From: Nannocystis bainbridge
GTDB lineage: Bacteria; Myxococcota_A; Polyangia; Nannocystales; Nannocystaceae
Assembly (NCBI RefSeq): GCF_028368995.1
Contig: NZ_JAQNDL010000003.1
Span: 2,592,001-2,656,000 of the forward strand
Reading direction: 5' to 3'
Length of the DNA stretch: 64,000 bases
A model generated the notes under the pieces. The model ran no database searches, had not been told where the DNA came from, and saw only the letters and a program-made list of their open reading frames with translations. Shown here in pieces: positions 20,277 to 29,651 of the stretch (positions are counted from its first letter, which is position 1; each line of letters starts with the position of its first letter). A program made the position numbers and the translations under genes.

Positions 20277-20903
20277 GTGTCGGTCACGATCGAGGGCGAG
20301 CGCGTCGACCAGCTGCTGCGCATCATCGTGGCCGCCGCCACCGGCGACTACGAGCTGCGGGTCCCGCTGCTCGAAGAGGACGACGACGAGTTCCTCGAGG
20401 TCGAGCTCGGCGTCAACTACTTGCTCGAGGAGCTGGCGCTCGGCAAGGCCAAGAGCGACAGCCAGCGCCAGCAGCTCGAGGTGCGCGCCGAGGAGCTGGC
20501 CCACCAGCAGAGCGAGCTCGTGCAGGCGCTGTCGACCCCGGTGATCGCCGTGTGGCCGGGCGTGCTGGCGCTGCCGCTGGTCGGTCGCGTCGACGACGAG
20601 CGGGCCGCCACGATCACCGCCGTCTTGCTCGAGCGCGTCGCCGCCGAGCGTGCCACCCACGTCATCCTCGATCTCACCGGCGTCGGTGCGATCGCCGGCA
20701 ACACCATGCCGGCGCTGCTCCGCATGGTCCGCGCGATCGGCCTGCTCGGCGCCAGCTGCCTGCTCACCGGCATCAGCGCGCCCGTCGCCCAGCAGATCGT
20801 CGCGCTCGGGGCCGCCGAGGGCGGCGCGCCGGTGCGTGCGCTGGCCCAGCTGAGCGACGCGCTCGCGCTCGTGCTGGCCCAGAAAGGCGCGCTGGGGCGC
20901 TGA
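20277..20903 (+). CDS. RsbR-like STAS domain protein
   Basis: LSTPVIAVWPGVLALPLVGRVDDERA, VILDLTGV and LLGASCLLTGI. Confidence 0.85.
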   Translation: MSVTIEGERVDQLLRIIVAAATGDYELRVPLLEEDDDEFLEVELGVNYLLEELALGKAKSDSQRQQLEVRAEELAHQQSELVQALSTPVIAVWPGVLALPLVGRVDDERAATITAVLLERVAAERATHVILDLTGVGAIAGNTMPALLRMVRAIGLLGASCLLTGISAPVAQQIVALGAAEGGAPVRALAQLSDALALVLAQKGALGR

Positions 20904-20904
20904 C

Positions 20905-21255
20905 ATGCCGTTCCGCTACGAGGAGCTGGTGACGCCCATGGGCCGGCCTTACGTGCGCGTGCACGTGTCGGGCGACATCGACCTGCGCGATGCCGAGGAG
21001 TACGTGGCCAGGTTCGAGGGCGCGTACCAGCGACGGCGCGTGCTGTCGGTGGTCGCCAGCGGCACCGAGTACTCGGCCAAGGCGCGCAAGCACCTGCTGG
21101 CGATGCGCGAGAGCAGCCCGCACGCGACCGTGACGACCAGCGCGCTGGTGCGGGCGGCGATCCACCTGATGACGCGGTCCGCCGCCGGCGGCACATATCG
21201 CGTGTTCACCGACGAACCCGAGGCGCTGGCCTGGCTCGACGACCAGGAGGCATGA
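20905..21255 (+). CDS. Small STAS/SEC14 (SpoIIAA-like) protein
   Basis: 116 aa, with YSAKARK and a C-terminal RVFTDEPEALAWL signature. Confidence 0.65.
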   Translation: MPFRYEELVTPMGRPYVRVHVSGDIDLRDAEEYVARFEGAYQRRRVLSVVASGTEYSAKARKHLLAMRESSPHATVTTSALVRAAIHLMTRSAAGGTYRVFTDEPEALAWLDDQEA

Positions 21256-21882
21256 ATGTCGCTGACGATCACCGAGGCGCGCATCAACGGGCTCCTGAAC
21301 ACGCTCGTCACCGCCGCCAGCGGCGACTACGACGTCCGCGTCGCGCTCGAGGAGCACGAGGATCCGTTGCTCGACGTCGAGCTCGGCATCAACTACCTGC
21401 TCGACGAGCTGATCGAGCGCCGGACCCAGAACGAGGCCCAGGAGGAGGAGTTGCTGACGCGCGCGCGCCAGCTCGCGCGCCAGCAGGACGAGCTGGTGCA
21501 GGCGCTCTCGACCCCGGTGATCGCCGTGTGGCCCGGCGTGCTGGCGCTGCCGCTGGTCGGTCGCATCGACGACGCGCGGGCCGCCGTCATCACCGCCACC
21601 CTGCTGGAGCGCATCGCCGCCGAGCGGGCAAGCCACGTCATCCTCGATCTCACCGGCGTCGCCGCGATCGCCGACGCCACCATGCCGGCGCTGCTCCGCA
21701 TGATCCGCGCGATCGGCCTGCTCGGCGCCCGCTGCTTGCTCACTGGCATCCGCGCCGAAGTCGCCCCGCAGATCGTCGCGCTCGGCGGCAACGACCTCCA
21801 CGTCCGCGCCCTCGCGCGACTGTCCGACGCGCTCGCCCTGGTGCTCGCCGACAAGGGCGCGCTCGACCAGCCCCACCGATAG
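21256..21882 (+). CDS. RsbR-like STAS domain protein (paralog)
   Basis: Near-identical STAS core to the 20277 gene. Confidence 0.85.
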   Translation: MSLTITEARINGLLNTLVTAASGDYDVRVALEEHEDPLLDVELGINYLLDELIERRTQNEAQEEELLTRARQLARQQDELVQALSTPVIAVWPGVLALPLVGRIDDARAAVITATLLERIAAERASHVILDLTGVAAIADATMPALLRMIRAIGLLGARCLLTGIRAEVAPQIVALGGNDLHVRALARLSDALALVLADKGALDQPHR

Positions 21883-21895
21883 GACCTGACCGCCC

Positions 21896-22258
21896 ATGCC
21901 GTTCGTTTTCGCAGAGGCCACGACCCCGCAGGGCAAACCACTGCTGCGGATCCACGTCCGCGACGAGGTCACGATCACCGACGCCGAGGCGCTCGGCGCC
22001 CGCATCGAGGACGACGGGCCCAACCATCGCTGGCGGATCCTCAGCGTCGTCGAGAAGGGCACCGAATACTCGCCCGCGGCCCGCAGGTACTTCCCCAACC
22101 TGCAGCCCAAGTACGGCGCGATCGCCGTCGCCGTCACCAGCCCGATCGTGCGCGCCGCGATCAACATGATGATGCGGCTGACGGGCCAGGCGCCGAACTT
22201 GCGCCTGTTCTCCAGCGAGGCCGAGGCCCTGGCCTGGCTGGACCAGCTCGAGATCTGA
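21896..22258 (+). CDS. Small STAS/SEC14 (SpoIIAA-like) protein (paralog)
   Basis: GTEYSPAARR and RLFSSEAEALAWL. Similar to the 20905 gene. Confidence 0.65.
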   Translation: MPFVFAEATTPQGKPLLRIHVRDEVTITDAEALGARIEDDGPNHRWRILSVVEKGTEYSPAARRYFPNLQPKYGAIAVAVTSPIVRAAINMMMRLTGQAPNLRLFSSEAEALAWLDQLEI

Positions 22259-22340
22259 CGCCGGCCTCGGCCCGCGCGCCGATTCGCCCAGCGGCGCGCG
22301 GATCCGCCGCGCCGTGGTATAAGGTGCGCCGCCCGGGCCC

Positions 22341-23366
22341 GTGAAGCTCATCATCCAGATCCCCTGCCTCAACGAGCGGGAGCACCTGCCGGCGACCTTC
22401 GCCGACCTGCCGCGCGCGCTGCCGGGGATCGACAGCATCGAGGTGCTCGTCATCGACGACGGCAGCACCGACGGCACCGCCGCCGTGGCCGAGCAGATCG
22501 GCGTCCATCATGTGCTGCGGTTCCCCGGCCACCGCGGGCTCGCGGTCGCGTTCCAGGCCGGCGTCGACGCCTGCCTCGCGCTCGGGGCCGACATCATCGT
22601 CAACACCGACGCCGACAATCAGTACCCGGGCGCCGACATCGTCCGCCTGTGCGCGCCGATCCTCGAGGGCCGCGCGGACCTGGTGGTGGGCGACCGGCAG
22701 ACCGACCAGATCCCGCACTTCGGCCCGCTCAAGCGGCTGCTGCAGCGCTGGGGCTCGCGCGTGGTCCGGCGCGCCTCGGGCACGACGGTGCGCGACTCGA
22801 CCAGCGGCTTTCGGGCCATGAACCGGCGGGCCGCCGCCGCGCTGTTCGTGCACAACCGCTTCACCTACACCCTCGAGTCGATCATCCAGGCCGGCGCCGC
22901 CGGCCTCACGATCGCCGACGTCACGATCACCACCAACCCGGAGCTCCGGCGCTCGCGCCTGTTCCGCTCGATGGGCAGCTACGTCCGCCGCAACGGCGCC
23001 GTCATCGTCCGCTCGTACGGCATGTACTGGCCGGTCCAGACCTTCGGCCTGATAAGCCTGCTGCTGCTCGCGTTCGGCCTCGCGCTCGGCGGCCGCTTCA
23101 CCTACTACTACCTGTCCCGTTGGCCAGACGAGAGCGGCCACACCGAGTCGCTGCTGGTCGGCGTCGGCGCGGTCGTGCTGGCCTTTTTGGTCGCGCTGAT
23201 GGCGTTCCTCGGCGACCTCAGCGCCGCCAACCGACGGCTGACCGAGCAGGTGCTGACGCAGGTCCGCGGCCTGTCGGCGGCGCTCGCGGCCCAGCAGGCC
23301 GCGCCGGCCATCGCCGGCCACCGCCGCACCGCCGCCGCCCCGTGGCAGCCGGAGGCGCGCGCGTGA
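22341..23366 (+). CDS. GT2 glycosyltransferase (polyprenol-phosphate sugar synthase-like)
   Basis: IQIPCLNE, IDDGSTDGT, NTDADNQY and DSTSGFRA, with two C-terminal TM helices. Confidence 0.9.
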   Translation: MKLIIQIPCLNEREHLPATFADLPRALPGIDSIEVLVIDDGSTDGTAAVAEQIGVHHVLRFPGHRGLAVAFQAGVDACLALGADIIVNTDADNQYPGADIVRLCAPILEGRADLVVGDRQTDQIPHFGPLKRLLQRWGSRVVRRASGTTVRDSTSGFRAMNRRAAAALFVHNRFTYTLESIIQAGAAGLTIADVTITTNPELRRSRLFRSMGSYVRRNGAVIVRSYGMYWPVQTFGLISLLLLAFGLALGGRFTYYYLSRWPDESGHTESLLVGVGAVVLAFLVALMAFLGDLSAANRRLTEQVLTQVRGLSAALAAQQAAPAIAGHRRTAAAPWQPEARA

Positions 23367-23965
23367 GGGTCGACGCCGGCAACGTCGTCGGCAACGCCGA
23401 GGCCAAGTACGACCACCCCAACCCGATCGCCCGCCGCCTGGTCGCCGGCTTCAAGCGGGCCGTCGGCGACCTGTACCTTCGGACATGTCCCGAGAGCGTG
23501 CTCGAGGTCGGCTGCGGCGAGGGCCTGCTGGCCGACAGCCTGATCCGCCTGCGCCGGCCGGCCTCGTTCGCGGCCTGCGACGTCGACCTCTCGCGGCTCG
23601 CCCCCGACCTCGATCCGCACCTGAACTTTCAGACAGCCTCGATCTATCAGCTGCCGCAGGCCGACCGCAGCGTCGACCTGGTGATCGCCTGCGAGGTGCT
23701 GGAGCACCTCGAGGACCCGGCCGCCGGCCTGCGCGAGCTGGCCCGCGTCGCTCGCCGGGCCGTGCTGATCAGCACCCCGTGGGAGCCGGTGTGGCGCCTG
23801 CTCAACCTCGCCCGCGGCCGCTACGTGCGCGCGCTCGGCAACACCCCCGGGCACATCCAGCACTTCTCGCGGCGGGGCCTGCTGCGGCTGGCCGACACGC
23901 GCCTGCGCGTGGTCGAGGTGCGACGGCCCTTGCCGTGGACGGTGATCCTCGGTGAGCCGCGATGA
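23363..23965 (+). CDS. Class I SAM-dependent methyltransferase
   Basis: VLEVGCGEG and ACEVLEHLEDP. GTGA overlap with the GT2 gene. Confidence 0.88.
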   Translation: MRVDAGNVVGNAEAKYDHPNPIARRLVAGFKRAVGDLYLRTCPESVLEVGCGEGLLADSLIRLRRPASFAACDVDLSRLAPDLDPHLNFQTASIYQLPQADRSVDLVIACEVLEHLEDPAAGLRELARVARRAVLISTPWEPVWRLLNLARGRYVRALGNTPGHIQHFSRRGLLRLADTRLRVVEVRRPLPWTVILGEPR

Positions 23966-26889
23966 GCGGCGCGGGCTCTCGCGGCCGGCTGCTTCGACTG
24001 GCCGTTCGGACATGGCCCTTCGCGCTGGTCACCGCGCTCGGCCTGTGGCTGCTGTGGCCGGTGCCCGCCGGCGTGATGCCGCTGTCGGCCGATCACACGG
24101 TGCACCTCACGCGCGCCTGGCTCTACGGCCAGCAGCTCGCCGGCGGCCACCTGGTCGGCTGGAGCCCGTTCTGGTTCTTCGGCTTCCCGCTCGGCGAGCT
24201 CTACCCGCCGCTCGGTGACCTGCTGGTCCTCGCCGTCCGCGGGCTCAGCCTCGGCCTGCTCGACTGGGCCCAGGCGTACGCGCTCGCGTTCACCCTCGTG
24301 TTCCTGCTGCAGGGCTGGGCCCTGCTCCGCTGCGGCCGCGCCCTCGGCCTCGGCCCGCTCGCCGGGCTCGTCGCCGCCGCCCTGGCCCTGCTCGACGCGG
24401 GGGCCTACCGCGAGGGCGGGTGGGTCTACACCGTCACTTACGGGGTCTGGCCGCAGGCCCTGGCCACCAGCCTGGCCTACTGGGCCCTCGCCGAGCTGGC
24501 CCTCGCCGCACGTGTCCGCGAGGGCATGTCCCCGGGGACACATCACCGCCACCTCGCCCTCGCCGCCTTCGCCACCGCCGGCGCCGTGCTGGCCCACCCG
24601 ATGAGCCTGCCGATGCTCGCCATGGCCGCCCCGCTGTGGCTGCTCACCGTCGGCTTGCGCGGCCCCGGGGGGCCGCAGGGCCGGAACGATTCGAGCGCGC
24701 CGGGGGTCGCAGGGAGGCCTGTCCCTGCGGCTATCTCGTCCAGCGCAGCCTCGCCTGTCCCTTCGGCCATCTCGGCCTGCGCGAACTCGCCTGTCCCTGC
24801 GGCCATCTCGGCCAGTGCAGCCTCGCCTGTCCTTTCGGCCATCTCCACCGGCTCGCGCTCACCTGTCCCTTCGGCCATCTCGGCCTGCGCGAACTCGCCT
24901 GTCCCTGCGGCCATCTCGGCCAGTGCAGGCTCGCCTGTCCTTTCGGCCATCTCCACCGGCTCGCGCTCACCTGTCCCTTCGGTCAGCCCCATCACCCGCC
25001 GCGAGCGGCTCGCCGGCGCCGCCCTCGACCTCGCGCTGGCGCTCGGCCTCGGCCTCGCGCTGGCCGCCTGGTGGCTGTGGCCGATGAGCGCCCACCGCGG
25101 CTACATGGCCAGCTACGGCTGGCTCTACGCCCCGCTCGACGCCATGGTGCGCATGCTGCGGGCGGGCCAGTGGACCCAGCTCATGGCGCCCGCGGCCGGC
25201 TTCACGGCGCTGCTCGGGCTCGGGATCGCCGCCGTGCGCGGCTCCGGCTTCCTCCGCTTCCTCGCCCTGCTCGCCCTGCTCCACTGGCTGCTCGCCAGCA
25301 CCGACGTGTTCTGGACCCTGCGCCTCGATCGCCTCAGCAGCGGCTTCTCGCACATCCAGTACCAGCGGTTCCTGACGGCCGCCAAGCCGGCCCTGTTCCT
25401 GCTCGCCGGCGCCGTCGTCGGCGGTCTCGCGGTCCTGGCCCGCAGGACATGGTCCAAACGCCCTGCCCTACGAGCCATGTCTATCGGGACAGCCGTCGTC
25501 GCCGCCGCGCTCGTCGCCTGGCTCGCGCGCGACGCCTGGAACCTGGCCCGGCGCCACGGCGTCGGCGTGGTCCAGGTCGAGCGAGTGCCCGGAGATCCCG
25601 CCTTCGAGGCCGCGTACCAGCAGTTCCTCGCGTGGGCCGCGAGCGCCCGCCAGGGCCAGCCCGCGGGCGGGCGGATCGCCGTCCGCACCGACCGCAACGC
25701 CCACTGGTTCATGGACAGCCCGGTCTACACCGGCGCGCCGATCTACAAGCTCGGCTTCACCCCCGGCGACAACTTCGTCCACAAGCCCGAGGCCGGCTCT
25801 TCGCGCATCCTCGACCTCGCCCAGGCCCGCTATCTGCTCACCACCGGCGGCAGCGGGGCCTCGCAGATCGCCAGCTTCGGCCCCCTCCGCGTGTTCGAGC
25901 GCCCCGGCGCCGCCGGCATCGCCCGCGTCGACGGCCCCGGCGAGCTCCGCGTCGAGGCGGCCGACCTGCAGGCCGGCCGCGTGCGCGTGCGCCTGACCGG
26001 CACCGCGCCTGACTCGCGCCTGGTGTTCCACGTCGCCGGCTACCCGCGCTGGGACCTGTCCTTTCAGCCAGGCGACGACGCGCCCGCCGAGTCGGTCCCG
26101 TGGATCGAGGTCCCCGTGGTCGGCGACGGCCCGACCGCCACGCCGGAGCAGCGGCTGCGCGGCGAGCTGCGCGGCGGCAAGGCCCTCGGCGACGACGGCA
26201 GCGAGCCGACGCTGATCGCCGCGCCCGCGCGCGACGGCGTGTTCGAGCTCCACTACGCCCGCTGGCGCTGGTTCGACGCCGCCGGCCTGCTGGCCAGCCT
26301 CGCGGCCCTGATCGCATGTGTCTCTTTGCTCAGGTCGCCGCGCCTGGTCGATCGCCTGGGCCCGCTCGCCCGCCGCCTCGCCCACCCCGCCGTGCTCGCC
26401 GCCCTCGTCGCCGCCGCGCTGCTCGTCGCCGGCCTGCGCTGGCGCGCCGCTGCCGGGCGCGAGCGCCCGCAGGCCAGCGCCCGCCTCGCCGACGGCCGCG
26501 CGACCGCCACGCACGCGCGCAGCGGCCCGCTGAAGACCGACATGTTGATCTTCCCGGCCGTGCTCGCCGACCCGCGCCGCCCCACCGAGGTCGTCTTCGA
26601 GGGCGTCGCCCCCGGGCCCACGCTCGACGCCTGGTTCGCGCTCGACGACGACGACGCCAAGCAGCGCCGCCGCGGCTCCTACCGCGTCCAGGTCGACGCC
26701 CGCGCGCCCGGCAGCCCCGCGTGGACCCCCCTCGCCGACTTCACCGCGGCCCACCGCCCCGATCGCCAGCGCCCACGCATACCTGTCCCCGAGGACATGC
26801 AACGCGCCGCCGACCTCACCGTCCGCATCACCCCCTCGGGCGAAGCACCGCCGAGGTTCGGCTTCGACGTCGTGCTGGCAGATCCGTGA
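23962..26889 (+). CDS. Large polytopic membrane protein (GT-C / 'PTPS-related' membrane family-like)
   Basis: DHTVH...W...GFPLGELYPPL pattern and many TM helices. Contains an internal repeat insert. Confidence 0.65.
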   Translation: MSGAGSRGRLLRLAVRTWPFALVTALGLWLLWPVPAGVMPLSADHTVHLTRAWLYGQQLAGGHLVGWSPFWFFGFPLGELYPPLGDLLVLAVRGLSLGLLDWAQAYALAFTLVFLLQGWALLRCGRALGLGPLAGLVAAALALLDAGAYREGGWVYTVTYGVWPQALATSLAYWALAELALAARVREGMSPGTHHRHLALAAFATAGAVLAHPMSLPMLAMAAPLWLLTVGLRGPGGPQGRNDSSAPGVAGRPVPAAISSSAASPVPSAISACANSPVPAAISASAASPVLSAISTGSRSPVPSAISACANSPVPAAISASAGSPVLSAISTGSRSPVPSVSPITRRERLAGAALDLALALGLGLALAAWWLWPMSAHRGYMASYGWLYAPLDAMVRMLRAGQWTQLMAPAAGFTALLGLGIAAVRGSGFLRFLALLALLHWLLASTDVFWTLRLDRLSSGFSHIQYQRFLTAAKPALFLLAGAVVGGLAVLARRTWSKRPALRAMSIGTAVVAAALVAWLARDAWNLARRHGVGVVQVERVPGDPAFEAAYQQFLAWAASARQGQPAGGRIAVRTDRNAHWFMDSPVYTGAPIYKLGFTPGDNFVHKPEAGSSRILDLAQARYLLTTGGSGASQIASFGPLRVFERPGAAGIARVDGPGELRVEAADLQAGRVRVRLTGTAPDSRLVFHVAGYPRWDLSFQPGDDAPAESVPWIEVPVVGDGPTATPEQRLRGELRGGKALGDDGSEPTLIAAPARDGVFELHYARWRWFDAAGLLASLAALIACVSLLRSPRLVDRLGPLARRLAHPAVLAALVAAALLVAGLRWRAAAGRERPQASARLADGRATATHARSGPLKTDMLIFPAVLADPRRPTEVVFEGVAPGPTLDAWFALDDDDAKQRRRGSYRVQVDARAPGSPAWTPLADFTAAHRPDRQRPRIPVPEDMQRAADLTVRITPSGEAPPRFGFDVVLADP
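24717..24985. repeat. In-frame 36-bp tandem array (8 units) with a higher-order 108-bp duplication
   Basis: Unit CCTGTCCCT(G/T)CGGCCATCTC..., encoding SPVP(S/A)AIS repeats. Confidence 0.9.
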
Positions 26890-27029
26890 TTTTTTGTCCG
26901 TTGCAGGCTGTCCTCGAGGACATGTGAAGCTTGCTCCCAGCCCCTCCGACGCAACGACGTAGCTCGCCCCGTTGCGGCCAGCCTGCAAACGAGTAGCCCT
27001 GCCCCGCGCGCCCGCGTGGGCTCCCTCAG

Positions 27030-27455
27030 CACCTCGACCTCCGCCTGCTCTCGCTCGCTCATGCAATCGCGTGGCGCCCACGCAATCCGGTAGACCTCGA
27101 CTTCGACCTTGCCCGCTCGCGCTCGACCCACGCAATCACGAAGTGACTCGCAAGCCCCTCGACCTCGCCTGCTCTCGCTCCCGTTCACCGCAGACATCAC
27201 GTAGCGCCCGCACAATCCGGCAGTTCCCTCGACCTCGACTGCTCGCGCTTGCCCCCAAGCGATCACGTAGTGCCCACACAATCCGGTAGCCCTCGACCTC
27301 GACTGCCCTCGCTCGCCGACACAATCACGTAGCGCCACTCGATCCGGAGGCCTCACCTGCTCGCGCTCGCACCACGCAATCACATAGTGCCCGCGCAATC
27401 CGGAAGACGCTCGACCTCTTGCACCGCTCGCGCTCGCCCACGCAACCGCGTAGGC
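27030..27455. repeat. Degenerate ~55-70-bp intergenic tandem array (6-7 units)
   Basis: Recurrent blocks CAATCACGTAG(T/C)GCCC, CAATCCGG, CCTCGACCTCGAC and GCTCGCGCTCG. Confidence 0.8.
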
Positions 27456-27554
27456 GGACTCGGGCCCGCTCACGAGCCTCCCGCAAAGCGGCCCAGGAAC
27501 CGGGCAGCGTCGCTCGGCCTCGCGCACCCTGCCGACTTCCGCTAAGCTGAGAAC

Positions 27555-28130
27555 ATGCAGCCCGCCGCCCACGGCGCCACGCTCGCCGACCTGCTCGCCG
27601 TCTCTGACGAGAAGCCCTACTTCGAGTTGCTCGAGGGCGAGTTGAGTCAGAAGGCCGCGCCGCTCTTCAGCCACGGGGACACACAGTTCTCGATCGGCGA
27701 ACAAGTCCGTCGCCACTTCCGCGGCCCACCGGGCGGAGACAAGCTCGGTGGCTGGTGGATCGGCGGCGAAGTGCACGTCGAGCTCGCGCCGAACGAGGTC
27801 GTCGTCCCGGACGTGGTCGGCTGGCGCATCGATCGCCTCCCCGAGCCGCCCGCGGGCTTCCCGGTCAAGAGTCGCCCTGACTGGATCTGTGAGGTCGCCT
27901 CGCCCTCCAGCCCCTCGCGCGACACCGTCCGCAAGCTCCGCATGTACCACCGCGCTGGCGTCCCTCACTACTGGATCGCCGACCCCGATCAGCAGACGCT
28001 CACCGTGTTCCGCTGGCAGCCCGAGGGTTACCTCGTGGTGCTCACCACCCAGCCGCCCGAGCAGGTCCGCCCCGAGCCGTTCGAGGCTGTCGAGTACAGC
28101 GTCGCCGCGCTGCTCGGCGTCGGCGAGTAG
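27555..28130 (+). CDS. Uma2-family (DUF820) PD-(D/E)XK endonuclease
   Basis: ELLEGEL, VVPDVVGWR, PDWICEVASPS and K..MYHRAGVPHYWIADP. Confidence 0.9.
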   Translation: MQPAAHGATLADLLAVSDEKPYFELLEGELSQKAAPLFSHGDTQFSIGEQVRRHFRGPPGGDKLGGWWIGGEVHVELAPNEVVVPDVVGWRIDRLPEPPAGFPVKSRPDWICEVASPSSPSRDTVRKLRMYHRAGVPHYWIADPDQQTLTVFRWQPEGYLVVLTTQPPEQVRPEPFEAVEYSVAALLGVGE

Positions 28131-28211
28131 GCCGCGCTCTTCAGCGTCGGCAAGGACGCCACGCTGCTCGCCGTCCGCAAGTAGACCGCGCTGCTTGCTG
28201 TCGGCAAGGGC
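28104..28211. repeat. Four 27-bp degenerate repeats echoing the Uma2 3' end
   Basis: GCCGCGCTGCTCGGCGTCGGCGAGTAG followed by three variants. Confidence 0.75.
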
Positions 28212-28645
28212 GATGCGCCTCGCGGTCGACCCTCAGCTCCGTCGTCCGGGCGGGCGCCCTGTCGCGCACAGCCGAGCCCGCTGCGAATCCATGGCAGCCG
28301 CGGTGAGCTGGAGACTCTCGAGCGCCCCTCGATATCCTGTCTGAAGGGACAGGTTATTTTTAAAGAATCCCGCTTCCTCCTCCCGGCTCGCCGCCCGCGA
28401 ACTCGAGCGCTGCTGTCGGGCCGCCTGGATGCTCACCGCTCGCCGGCTCGCCTCAAGGCGCGAGTGCGCCCGTGCCGGGCGACGGGCTGGCCGGCGCCTT
28501 CGCGCGAGCCGGGCTGGCCGCTGCCTTCGCGCGGACTGGGCTGGCCCCGCCCGCTGCGGGTGATAGCCTTCTCGGACCGCGATGTCGGCCTTTGCGTCGC
28601 GCCGCGGTTTGCGCGAACCTCTCGAGGCGTCCTCGCCGGAGTCCC

Positions 28646-29551
28646 GTGCGCCGAACCGTCGCTCTCACTGTCCTCGTCGCTCTCGCCTTGCCGGTCCACG
28701 CCGCGCGGGCCGACGACGATCATCGCCCCTTCCGCCGCGGCACCATCTTGCCCAGCCTCTCCCTCGGCGGCTCCTTCTCGCGCAACTACGGCGGCTCCTT
28801 GCTCGTCGGCGCCGGCGCCAGCTACTTCGTCGTCGGCGGTCTCGCCGTCGGCCTGCACCTGCGCAACGTCACCACCTTTTACTCGCAGTACTTCAAGGAC
28901 CAGGTCGGCTCCGACATCTTCGCCAAGATCCCCACCAACGAGCTGAGCCTCACCCCCAGCCTCCTGTGGGTCGTCTATCGCGGCGAGCGATTCGCCCCCT
29001 ACGTCTCCTTCGGCGTCGGCCCCGTGTTCCTCAACAAGCAGCGCGGCGTCCTCGGTCAGTGGACCGTCGGCCCTGGCGTCATGATCCGCGCTGGCGGCTC
29101 GCTTTGGCTCGACCTCGGCTTCGGCCTCGGCATGCGCTTCACCAAGGACCGCTGCCAGGACGCCTACGGTTACCTCGAACCCGTCACCGAGTACGCCTGC
29201 AGCCTCACCTGGGGCTTCCGCGGCGGCCTCGTGTTCGGCCTCGGCGGGCGCAAGCCGGCCCAGCCCTCCGCCCAGCCCTCTCCGCCGGCCAACTACCAGC
29301 CGCCGCCCGCCTCCTCCTACCCGCCGCCCCAGCCGCAACCTGTCCCGAACGCCAGCCCGCCGAGCCCTGCCCCGCCGGTCGAGGCCCCGCTCGAGGGTCC
29401 GCCGCCGCCCGCCACGCCCGCGCCGATGCCGGTCGAGACCCCCACGCCCGCGAACCCGCCCGCCCCGGCCACGCCGCCGCCCGCGATCGCCCCGACCGAC
29501 ACGACCCCCATCCCGCCGGGCGAGAACCTGCCGATCCCGCCTCCCGCTTGA
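28646..29551 (+). CDS. Secreted or outer-membrane beta-barrel-like protein with Pro-rich tail
   Basis: Signal peptide, amphipathic Gly/aromatic strands and a C-terminal Pro-rich region. Confidence 0.6.
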   Translation: MRRTVALTVLVALALPVHAARADDDHRPFRRGTILPSLSLGGSFSRNYGGSLLVGAGASYFVVGGLAVGLHLRNVTTFYSQYFKDQVGSDIFAKIPTNELSLTPSLLWVVYRGERFAPYVSFGVGPVFLNKQRGVLGQWTVGPGVMIRAGGSLWLDLGFGLGMRFTKDRCQDAYGYLEPVTEYACSLTWGFRGGLVFGLGGRKPAQPSAQPSPPANYQPPPASSYPPPQPQPVPNASPPSPAPPVEAPLEGPPPPATPAPMPVETPTPANPPAPATPPPAIAPTDTTPIPPGENLPIPPPA

Positions 29552-29651
29552 GGCCGCGCAGCCGCTCGAGCGAGCCCTGGTGCCTCGCGCCCGTGATTCG
29601 TCGATCCTGGCCGCCTTGATCCGCCCCCTCGCGCCCCGCGTAACCTCGCCC

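Noticed and set aside
27030-27455. CRISPR array next to a nuclease
   Set aside because: The repeats are too degenerate, and the inter-box sequences resemble each other rather than being unique spacers.
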